A stretch of DNA of 32,000 nucleotides from positions 1,020,001-1,052,000 of the forward strand of contig OY843585.1 in NCBI GenBank assembly GCA_963692945.1, given 5' to 3'. Position numbers and translations under genes: made by a program. Below are positions 18,481 through 25,823 of this stretch, piece by piece. Origin of the DNA: Bdellovibrionales bacterium (lineage in GTDB: Bacteria; Bdellovibrionota; Bdellovibrionia; Bdellovibrionales; UBA1609). Position 1 is the first letter of the stretch; every line of letters starts with the position of its first letter. The notes under the pieces are model-generated. The model ran no database searches. It was given only the letters and a program-made list of their open reading frames with translations, and was not told the DNA's origin.

Positions 18481-18942
18481 TTATAGGGTTTCTTTTTCAG
18501 CATCATCATTTGTTGGTTCTTCTGACTTTTCTTTTACAGTAGATTCAACAGATTCTTCTTGAATGGGTTCCAATATTTCTTTATCAAGAATAGATTCAAC
18601 ATCTAAATTATCTATAAACTCTGTCGCTGAATCATCTTGTTTCTCTAGGTAGGCTTCTAATTTTTCAATAAGTTCCTCTAGTCTTTGATATTTTAAACGG
18701 ACTTGTTCTTGATCTTTTTTGATTTGAACCTCTATCTCCAAAAGTGCGTTGTATTTACTTACAATATCTTTATGCAATTCAGATATTTCGTTATAAGACC
18801 GATTGGCTACTAATAAATAAAGGACAGCTCTTTTAAAAATTTCATTTTCTTCTTGATCTAAATTTTTCTGCTCCTCATTAAATCCACAACTCATCAAAAA
18901 AGGAATAAGAACTAATAAAAATAAAATACTGATTTTTTTCAT
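18481..18942 (-). CDS. Hypothetical coiled-coil lipoprotein with acidic tail
   Basis: GGAGG SD and lipobox LMSC, followed by heptad-like Glu/Lys-rich sequence. Confidence 0.55.
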   Translation of the reverse strand: MKKISILFLLVLIPFLMSCGFNEEQKNLDQEENEIFKRAVLYLLVANRSYNEISELHKDIVSKYNALLEIEVQIKKDQEQVRLKYQRLEELIEKLEAYLEKQDDSATEFIDNLDVESILDKEILEPIQEESVESTVKEKSEEPTNDDAEKETL

Positions 18943-19043
18943 TTGGAACCTCCGTATCTGTAAAATTTAATAAAGATTTTTTTTAATTTCAAACTCTTAT
19001 TTTAAAAACCTTGCAAACATTGAAAAAAATTAAGACAAAGGGT

Positions 19044-19502
19044 TTAATTCAAATAAGGAAGCGGATTGATAGGTTGTTTTTTATACATCAATTCAAAATG
19101 TAAATGACTGCCTGTGGCTCGGCCTGTTTGCCCAACCGTTCCCAAAATATCTCCTTTTGAAAGCCTTTCTCCTTCTTTAACTTGTATGTGATGAAGATGA
19201 GCATAGAGAGTGGACCAAAATTTAGAATATTCAACAATAACAGTCTTTCCATACCCTGTGAGCCTTCTTCCTGCATAAACAACTTTTCCAGAGTGACTAC
19301 TTAGAACAGGAGTTCCTGTATTCGCTTTAAAATCTAAACCTTGATGAGAAGCATTCCAAATGGGTGCAAATTTTTGACTGATTTTAACTTTTTTTAAAGG
19401 CCAAGATAATGTAGGGGCAGGGGAGACAATCAGTGATGAACAATAAACAAAGTTAAAACATAAAAGAAAACAAATAAAAAGTTTTTGCAAATTATAATTC
19501 AT
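19044..19502 (-). CDS. M23 family metallopeptidase
   Basis: HQGLDF and GSHLHFEL zinc-ligand motifs, plus a signal peptide. Confidence 0.88.
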   Translation of the reverse strand: MNYNLQKLFICFLLCFNFVYCSSLIVSPAPTLSWPLKKVKISQKFAPIWNASHQGLDFKANTGTPVLSSHSGKVVYAGRRLTGYGKTVIVEYSKFWSTLYAHLHHIQVKEGERLSKGDILGTVGQTGRATGSHLHFELMYKKQPINPLPYLN

Positions 19503-20742
19503 AGAGTGAAAAATTTTTACAGAGATTATTGACTTCTTTTTTTATATGGAGAAGAAGACTTTCTTTATTATGATCTTTTAGAATTTGAGAAATCCATAAA
19601 GCAATTTGTTTCATTTCTTCTTCTTTCATACCTCTAGTTGTTAGAGCAGCAGTTCCTAATCTAATACCACTGGTTATAAAAGGAGATCGTTTTTCATTTG
19701 GTACTGTGTTTTTATTTACAGTTATATTTGCTTTGTCTAAAGATTGCTCAGCTTCCTTTCCAGTTAGTTTTTCATCAGATAGATTTACAAGTATGAGATG
19801 ATTGTCAGTTCCACCAGTGACTAACTTTAAACCTTTATTTTGTAGATGTTTTGCAAGAGTTTTAGCATTTTTTACAACTTGACTGGCATAAGTTTTAAAT
19901 TCAGGTTTTAAAACTTCACCAAAAGCAACAGCTTTAGCCGCTATGACATGTTCTAAAGGTCCTCCTTGTATTCCTGGAAAAATTTTGGAATTTATTTTTT
20001 TAGCCAGTTCTTCTTCAGAACATAAAATAAGACCACCTCTTGGACCTCTTAAAGTTTTATGTGTTGTAGAGGTTATATAATGAGCCCAAGGAACAGGGGA
20101 GGGATGAACTCCTGCAGCCACTAAACCTGCAATGTGAGCCATATCTACAACTAATTTTGCTCCTACACGATCTGCAATTTCTCTAAAGGATTTGAAGTCA
20201 ATAGAACGAGGGTAAGCACTATAACCTGCAATAATAATTTTGGGTTTTTCTTTTTTAGCTATATCTTCAATTAAATTAAAGTCTAATAGTTCTGTTTTTG
20301 GATTGAGCTTATAAAATACAGATTGAAAAAGAGACCCTGAAAAATTAACAGGTGAACCATGAGTTAAATGTCCTCCATGAGTTAAGTCTAGTCCCATTAT
20401 TTTTTCTTGAAGTTTTAACTCTGATAAAAATACAGCCATATTTGCTTGAGAACCAGAATGGGGTTGAACATTAGCCCAAGGAACATTGAATATTTCTTTT
20501 GCTCTTTCAATGGCAATCTCTTCACACTTATCAACAAATTCACAACCTCCATAATAACGTTTATAGGGATATCCTTCTGCATATTTGTTTGTTAAAACAG
20601 AACCTTGAGCTTCCATAACCGATTGAGAAACATAGTTTTCAGAAGCAATCATCTCTAAACCGTTTACCTGACGATGAAATTCTTTTTGTATCCATTGATA
20701 AACCTCTTCATCTGTTTGATTTAAAAATGTGAAATTTGTCAT
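19492..20742 (-). CDS. glyA: Serine hydroxymethyltransferase
   Basis: The [17 protein letters not shown]-lysine motif and full-length similarity in sequence pattern. Confidence 0.96.
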   Translation of the reverse strand: MTNFTFLNQTDEEVYQWIQKEFHRQVNGLEMIASENYVSQSVMEAQGSVLTNKYAEGYPYKRYYGGCEFVDKCEEIAIERAKEIFNVPWANVQPHSGSQANMAVFLSELKLQEKIMGLDLTHGGHLTHGSPVNFSGSLFQSVFYKLNPKTELLDFNLIEDIAKKEKPKIIIAGYSAYPRSIDFKSFREIADRVGAKLVVDMAHIAGLVAAGVHPSPVPWAHYITSTTHKTLRGPRGGLILCSEEELAKKINSKIFPGIQGGPLEHVIAAKAVAFGEVLKPEFKTYASQVVKNAKTLAKHLQNKGLKLVTGGTDNHLILVNLSDEKLTGKEAEQSLDKANITVNKNTVPNEKRSPFITSGIRLGTAALTTRGMKEEEMKQIALWISQILKDHNKESLLLHIKKEVNNLCKNFSLYEL

Positions 20743-21167
20743 TTTATTTTTGCAACCCTTTTTTTATAAACAGAGTTATCGTCAAAATTTGTTTCTAAGA
20801 AAGTATCTAAAATATTTAAAGATTTTTCAAGATGTAGAAATCGTCCAGGTAAGCATAAGACGTTGGCATCATTGTGTGCCCTTGCTAACCTTGCTATTTC
20901 TTTATCCCAACAAAGAGCGGCTCTTATGAATGAAATTTTATTAGCTTTCATACACATGCCTTGACCTGTTCCACAAATAAGAACTCCAAATATTTTACCT
21001 TGTATCTGAAGACATAATTTTTCTGCCCAATCTGTATAGTCTGTTCGGTCTTTTGTAAAGGGACCAAGGTCTTTCCAATTGATACGAGGTCTATGAGTTT
21101 TTAATAAATTTTTTAGGTCAAACCCTGCATGATCACTAGAAATTAAAAGTGGTAATGAATAAGTCAC
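20739..21167 (-). CDS. rpiB: Ribose-5-phosphate isomerase B
   Basis: [10 protein letters not shown] and [15 protein letters not shown] motifs. It has a 4-nt overlap with glyA. Confidence 0.9.
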   Translation of the reverse strand: MTYSLPLLISSDHAGFDLKNLLKTHRPRINWKDLGPFTKDRTDYTDWAEKLCLQIQGKIFGVLICGTGQGMCMKANKISFIRAALCWDKEIARLARAHNDANVLCLPGRFLHLEKSLNILDTFLETNFDDNSVYKKRVAKIK

Positions 21168-21416
21168 TTAGTTTTTGTTTTTTTTTATATATTCAATAAG
21201 GTCTTTTAATTTGGAAAATTTTTCTGCTTCTTCATCCGGTATTTGCAAATTAAAAGATTCTTCTAAAGACATCACTATTTCTACAAGATCAAGACTATCT
21301 GCTTTTAAGTCTTGGACAAGATGATTTTCAGGGGTTACTTTTTTAGATTCTAAATTGAGTTGTTGTGATGTGATTTCTATAACTCTTTTTTCAATATCCA
21401 TACTTTTACCATACAT
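21168..21416 (-). CDS. acpP: Acyl carrier protein
   Basis: The DSLD phosphopantetheine-attachment motif in LKADSLDLVEIVMSLEE. The start may instead be the Met at 21401. Confidence 0.85.
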   Translation of the reverse strand: MYGKSMDIEKRVIEITSQQLNLESKKVTPENHLVQDLKADSLDLVEIVMSLEESFNLQIPDEEAEKFSKLKDLIEYIKKNKN

Positions 21417-21483
21417 TAAGTGTCTTAAAGTAAATTATTAAATTTTACTTCTAAGTAGAAGTATTAACTCAATGTGTAAGTGA

Positions 21484-21654
21484 TTAACCTAAGATTTGAC
21501 GATTTTTATAATAGCCACAAGATAAACAAATATGATGGGAACGGATAGGGGATCCACAATTAGAACATTTTCCAACTCCTTCAAAAGATAAGGCTCTATG
21601 AGATCTTCTCATACCACGTCGAGAGCGACTCGTTCTTTTTTTGGGTACTGGCAT
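21484..21654 (-). CDS. rpmF: 50S ribosomal protein L32 (not in the supplied ORF track)
   Basis: Manual translation gives MPVPKKRTSRSRRGMRRSHRALSFEGVGKCSNCGSPIRSHHICLSCGYYKNRQILG. This has the canonical L32 N-terminus and a CxxC...CxxC zinc ribbon. GGGAG lies upstream. Confidence 0.9.
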   Translation of the reverse strand: MPVPKKRTSRSRRGMRRSHRALSFEGVGKCSNCGSPIRSHHICLSCGYYKNRQILG

Positions 21655-21915
21655 AGTTTATTACTCCCTATTTTTTAGGAATCTAATTATTACTATATCT
21701 ATATTATGCTGAGCAAGGAAAAAGAAGAATAACTAAAAAACTAACTTAAATTTCTTACAGCTCTAAAAATTCTTTATTTTTCTTATATTTTAGCGATTTT
21801 TTAAGATTTTATGATGAAAAAGTAATCAATGTGTATGGTTTTTATTAAATAAGTATAAAAGTCTAATAAATGCTTGATTTATAAGATTTTAGTGCCTTAG
21901 CATTAAAGAGCGGGG

Positions 21916-21976
21916 GGCGATGTATTTTGCAGGGATGCTTAAAAAGCTTAGGATTTGCTTACATCGCCTTTTTTTT
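21916..21976 (+). terminator. Strong hairpin plus T8 upstream of rpsN (orphan terminator/attenuator)
   Basis: GGCGATGTA (21916-21924) pairs perfectly with TACATCGCC (21960-21968). The loop is 35 nt and a T8 run follows at 21969-21976. Confidence 0.5.
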
Positions 21977-22033
21977 ATCTCTTATAAAAATATCTTGAAG
22001 TTTATTATTTATTTAGGTATTACTATTTAAATT

Positions 22034-22339
22034 ATGGCTAAAAAAAGTTCTATTGCAAAAAATAAAAGAAGGAAAATTTTAGCGGAAAAACTTGAACCTA
22101 TTCGTAAAGAATTACGTACTAAAACTTCTAACATAAATCTTTCTCCAGCTGAAAGATACATAGCTTCCGTTCAATTACAAAAACTTCCTAAAAATGGTTC
22201 TCGTTGTAGAGTTGTAAATCGTTGTAGTATAACAGGACGATCTCGTGGAAATTATAGAAAATTTGGTATCTCACGGTTAGTATTTAGACAATTAGCTCAT
22301 AAGGGTCTCATACCGGGAATTATAAAATCTTCTTGGTAG
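22034..22339 (+). CDS. rpsN: 30S ribosomal protein S14 (long, 101-aa form)
   Basis: MAKKSSIAKNKRR... at the N-terminus and the RLVFRQLAHKGLIPGIIKSSW C-terminus. Confidence 0.95.
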   Translation: MAKKSSIAKNKRRKILAEKLEPIRKELRTKTSNINLSPAERYIASVQLQKLPKNGSRCRVVNRCSITGRSRGNYRKFGISRLVFRQLAHKGLIPGIIKSSW

Positions 22340-22378
22340 ATTATTTTCTCCATTTTAAATCTAATATAGGTTATTCAT

Positions 22379-22939
22379 TTGAAACTTATTGTTACAGCTA
22401 CAACTAGACAAGAGTCTTTAACACTTCAAGTTGCAAAGATAATTCAGGGTCTTTACAAAAAATTAGAAGAAAGTGTGGAAATTCTTGATTTAAAGGAAGT
22501 CCCTTTTTCTAAAATTATAAACAAACCTTATCTCAAAGAGTCTTTATCGGATATTAAACCCTATCTTGATAAAGTGGCTCAAGCGGAAGCACTTATTATT
22601 ATTTGTCCAGAGTATAACGGGGGAATGCCTGGTCTTATTAAACACTTTATAGATCATTGGCATTATCCTGAATCTTTTGTATTCAAACCAGTCTGCTTTG
22701 TTGGTTTAGGTGGTAAGTTTGGAGCTTTAAGACCTGTAGAGCAGATAGAAGATATTCTTTTATACCGACATAGTTTTGTTTTTCCAATTCGTGTTTTTAT
22801 TCAAAATATTCAAAATGTTTTGGTTGAAGGTGAGTTAAAGGATGAAAGCATTCAAAAACTTCTAAAAAAGCAGGCTTATAACTTTAAAGAGTTTGTAAAA
22901 GTTCTTAAGTCGGCTCGTTTTTCTAATCCTCTCTTTTGA
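22379..22939 (+). CDS. NAD(P)H-dependent FMN reductase-like flavoprotein
   Basis: The CPEYNGGMPGLIKHFIDHW motif of the FMN_red family. It has a TTG start. Confidence 0.72.
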   Translation: MKLIVTATTRQESLTLQVAKIIQGLYKKLEESVEILDLKEVPFSKIINKPYLKESLSDIKPYLDKVAQAEALIIICPEYNGGMPGLIKHFIDHWHYPESFVFKPVCFVGLGGKFGALRPVEQIEDILLYRHSFVFPIRVFIQNIQNVLVEGELKDESIQKLLKKQAYNFKEFVKVLKSARFSNPLF

Positions 22940-23016
22940 AGGAAAAGAGGAGTTTGATAAAAAAATGAAAAACTTTCAAAAAGAAAAGTCATTGTTTTTG
23001 GATCAAGAAAATTGGC

Positions 23017-23643
23017 TCAAAAAATAAAGGGATGAACTTTATAATCCTTAAATGCTACTGCATCTCTAAAAGCTTTATTAACGGGAGGTTGGTTTGTGAT
23101 CTTTCTAATGAGAGGAGTGGATGCCATAATATCACTCATCTTAACTTTTTCAAATATTCTAACACATTTGTTTAAAGTTCTTTTAGGTATTGAAAAATAA
23201 TTTGAAAGTTTTCTATTCTTTTTTAACATAGAAAGAGGAGTGTTACCTTTATTATCTTCTATATGAAGATCAGCACCTTGTCTAATGAGTAGTTGGATGG
23301 CTTCCAAAAATTCACTTTCAACAGCCCAATGAAGAGCTGTCTTTTTATAGTTATCATAACCATCAATAAAGATGTCGGCTTTTAAAAGAAGTTTGATAGA
23401 TTCTAGGCTTTTTAATTTAACAGCTACATGCAAAGCGGTTTGATTGTTTTTATCTCTCTCATGTATTTCAGTAGTTAATAAAAGAACAGACAATTTTTTT
23501 GTATCTCCAATTGTAACAGCTTTATGTAGTTCTGAAGAATGTGCAAAAGAACTTAAAACGAAACAGAGTGAAAATGAAACTGTTTTTATTTTGTATGGTA
23601 TTAAAGTCATAGATAACCTTTTTGTTAGAGATTCCTTTATCAT
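23017..23643 (-). CDS. Secreted ankyrin-repeat protein
   Basis: Hydrophobic leader (likely start MTLIPYKIKTVSFSLCFVLSSFAHS at 23610). Repeats include NQTALHVAV, LLLKADIFIDG, KTALHWAV, LIRQGADLHIED and GNTPLSM. Confidence 0.85.
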   Translation of the reverse strand: MIKESLTKRLSMTLIPYKIKTVSFSLCFVLSSFAHSSELHKAVTIGDTKKLSVLLLTTEIHERDKNNQTALHVAVKLKSLESIKLLLKADIFIDGYDNYKKTALHWAVESEFLEAIQLLIRQGADLHIEDNKGNTPLSMLKKNRKLSNYFSIPKRTLNKCVRIFEKVKMSDIMASTPLIRKITNQPPVNKAFRDAVAFKDYKVHPFIF

Positions 23644-23719
23644 ATATATCTAGTTTTAAAATGATTACAAAGTTTAATGAAACTTTTTGTAGAATTTTCT
23701 GGTAGATCAAGGAATTGTT

Positions 23720-23803
23720 CAAGAAACTGTAAATATTATCGTGTCTTTAGAACATTCTAATAAAGAAATAGATGATCTTATTTCGTTTTTACGAGATAAA
23801 TAA
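23720..23803 (+). pseudogene. Orphan copy of the last 27 codons plus stop of the 725-aa HEAT-repeat gene
   Basis: It translates to QETVNIIVSLEHSNKEIDDLISFLRDK*, against QETVNIIVSLEGSNKEIDDLISFLRDK* at 25740-25823 (-). There are 3 nt differences in 84. An in-frame TAG at 23690 and the absence of an ATG mean it has no gene body. Confidence 0.8.
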
Positions 23804-23978
23804 ACTATAAGGTGCAAAAACATGGCATAAATAGTGGGGTTTTTCTGTGTTAATTATCAATGAAACATAATAATACTTATCGGGGATTTATAACCAAACA
23901 CCAATCTTGGACTACCAACTACATATCCGTAATTGAACATCCCATCTATTTGTTTAATTAAACAACTCTTTTAAAAAA
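23720..23978 (+). repeat. Left arm of a 259-bp inverted repeat
   Basis: It is the reverse complement of 25565-25823. The inner 126 bp (23853-23978) are perfect, the middle ~50 bp are diverged with indels, and the outer 84 bp have 3 mismatches. Confidence 0.92.
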
Positions 23979-24016
23979 TCTTTTAAATTTTCTAAATCTA
24001 TGTAAAAATATTCTTT

Positions 24017-24358
24017 ATGAAATACTTTCTATTTATTATTATCTTCTTTTCTTTATTCTCTGTTAGAGCACAGGATCTAACAATACCAGTCAATAAAGAG
24101 GAAATGTGTACTTCTTTTAGTGAATTTAAATCTTGTCTTGAAACTAGCTTATGGTCTTTTTTCTGTTATGGTCATGAAGTTAGGGCAAAACAATATGTAT
24201 CTGTTATTAAAACTTTGGCCATAAAAAAAGGATACAAAGAAAGATTAAAAAGAATAAAGAATACATTAGATAATTGTTCAGATATAACTTGTGTTAAGAA
24301 AAACAGTATAGAATCTATGAATGTATCTGAAGAAATTGCTGAATGCCATTCTCTTTAA
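24017..24358 (+). CDS. Small secreted six-Cys protein (paralog 1)
   Basis: Signal peptide MKYFLFIIIFFSLFSVRA. Cys residues are at 31, 40, 50, 87, 92 and 110. There is no obvious SD. Confidence 0.6.
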   Translation: MKYFLFIIIFFSLFSVRAQDLTIPVNKEEMCTSFSEFKSCLETSLWSFFCYGHEVRAKQYVSVIKTLAIKKGYKERLKRIKNTLDNCSDITCVKKNSIESMNVSEEIAECHSL

Positions 24359-24489
24359 AATAGTCCCATATCAATTATAATGCATGTTATAAGACTAAAG
24401 TGACATTTTTAGTGATATTTGTATTGCTCAAAGTCTATATCGGATATTAAAATTACTATCAGTAAGTCAAAAAAGTAAGGAGCCGTAAA

Positions 24490-24825
24490 ATGAAATACAT
24501 AATACTCATTTTTAGTTTTTTCTTAGTTGGCTGTCCCAATGTTAAAACAAAAGATTTTAAAACAGAAGTCTGTAACAGTTATAAAAAAAGCTATGATTGT
24601 TTTCTTGTTGCTGATCCTGTTTCTGGAGGAAGTAGTTGTGCAAAACTTATGGGGGAAACAATACAAAAATATAAGTCAGAACTTTTAAAATTGTACACTC
24701 CAGAAAAGATACAACAATTGGATAAGGATACAGATGTTTGTGTAAGTAAAGTTACATCTGTAGAGCAGAGAAAAGAATGTACTCTTTTATACTTACAAAA
24801 ATTTATAAACCTGATGGAATGTTAA
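24490..24825 (+). CDS. Small six-Cys lipoprotein (paralog 2)
   Basis: AAGGAG SD and lipobox LVGC. Mature Cys residues are at 28, 37, 50, 84, 97 and 111, the same scaffold as paralog 1. Confidence 0.68.
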   Translation: MKYIILIFSFFLVGCPNVKTKDFKTEVCNSYKKSYDCFLVADPVSGGSSCAKLMGETIQKYKSELLKLYTPEKIQQLDKDTDVCVSKVTSVEQRKECTLLYLQKFINLMEC

Positions 24826-25253
24826 CTCTTATGTTTAATAAAAATGGCTTTATTTATTTTAGTTTTCTTTTCTTCTCTTTTCAAACTTTTTCATCATCGT
24901 CTATGACTTGTGAAAATATACCAGAATTTATAGAAGATACAAAAGCATTTATGGAAGAAACTAAGTCTAATAATAATGATGTCTGTGATAATTTGAAATT
25001 TGAAAAAGAGTGTAATAATATTGATTCTGACTTCTGTAATTCTATTAGGGATTCTCGTGAAGATATGTTTGACTATATGGCTATTTCAATAGATATAACC
25101 GTTAGTATTACCCATGCCTATTCAAACAAAATAGATAGTTGTCTTAGACCTTCTTGTAGTAAATATCAATCCGAAGAAGTTTTTGCAGAAAACTTTTATA
25201 AATGTATCTGGAAATATTCAGATCACTACTCTAAAGATCATTGTTCCAAATAA
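24819..25253 (+). CDS. Small secreted Cys-rich protein (paralog 3, eight Cys)
   Basis: The start is probably ATG 24819 or 24831 (MLTLMFNKNGFIYFSFLFFSFQTFS leader), overlapping the paralog 2 stop. It contains the same Cys scaffold plus two extra Cys. Confidence 0.6.
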   Translation: MLTLMFNKNGFIYFSFLFFSFQTFSSSSMTCENIPEFIEDTKAFMEETKSNNNDVCDNLKFEKECNNIDSDFCNSIRDSREDMFDYMAISIDITVSITHAYSNKIDSCLRPSCSKYQSEEVFAENFYKCIWKYSDHYSKDHCSK

Positions 25254-25352
25254 TATTAAATGGAGATTTTTATTTTGAATTCTTCTTTTGCCGTTTAAGG
25301 TATAAATTTTTCCAATTAAAATAATGGGCATATAGTAAATCATAGACAATTT

Positions 25353-25553
25353 TTATTCTTTAGGTTTTTTATTATACTCTTTGACAGCTTTATTATATTT
25401 TTTTAAAAACTTTTCGTGTTCGTCAACAGAAATTCTATACTCATCATCAATATCTTTAAACCCTTTTTTTTCTTTATAAAAATCTTTTTTTGATTTTATG
25501 TGTTTAGTAACAGCCTGTTTATATTCATTAGGAGCTTTAGGATGTTCAGACAA
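25353..25553 (-). CDS. Possible small Lys/Glu-rich protein (66 aa, TTG start)
   Basis: Stop-free 66 codons with only a TTG start and no SD. It starts 12 nt inside the right repeat arm. Weak. Confidence 0.3.
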   Translation of the reverse strand: MSEHPKAPNEYKQAVTKHIKSKKDFYKEKKGFKDIDDEYRISVDEHEKFLKKYNKAVKEYNKKPKE

Positions 25554-25564
25554 GTTAGAATGGT

Positions 25565-25823
25565 TTTTTTAAAAGAGTTGTTTAATTAAACAAATAGATG
25601 GGATGTTCAATTACGGATATGTAGTTGGTAGTCCAAGATTGGTGTTTGGTTATAAATCCCCGATAAGTATTATTATGTTTCATTGATAATGAACATAGAA
25701 AAACCCCTATTTATACCCTGTTTTTGAAACCCTACTAATTTATTTATCTCGCAAAAACGAAATAAGATCATCTATTTCTTTATTAGAACCTTCTAAAGAC
25801 ACGATAATATTTACAGTTTCTTG
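25565..25823 (-). repeat. Right arm of the 259-bp inverted repeat
   Basis: See the left arm. It covers 175 bp downstream of the 725-aa gene plus its last 27 codons and stop. Confidence 0.92.

Noticed and set aside
18403-18486. 27-codon hydrophobic mini-ORF (MKKIILFSLKSFTYSFIFFSLFAISVL) after mltD
   Set aside because: It has no SD and overlaps the stop of the convergent lipoprotein gene. It is too short to support from sequence alone, though it could be a small membrane peptide.
22929-22947. Hairpin CTCTTTT-GAAGG-AAAAGAG between the FMN reductase-like gene and the ankyrin gene, as a bidirectional terminator
   Set aside because: It has a 7-bp AT-rich stem with no U-run on either strand. It also overlaps the coding end of the upstream gene.
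23860-23961. 33-codon ATG ORF inside the perfect repeat core, also present on the other arm at 25582-25683 (-)
   Set aside because: It has no SD. Its length is within chance expectation for this base composition. The identity of the two copies is explained by the DNA repeat itself.
24017-25253. Integron gene cassettes (small same-strand orphan ORFs)
   Set aside because: There is no intI or attI nearby. The second and third ORFs overlap, leaving no room for an attC. The flanking repeats are 259-bp inverted copies of local sequence, not attC-like sites.
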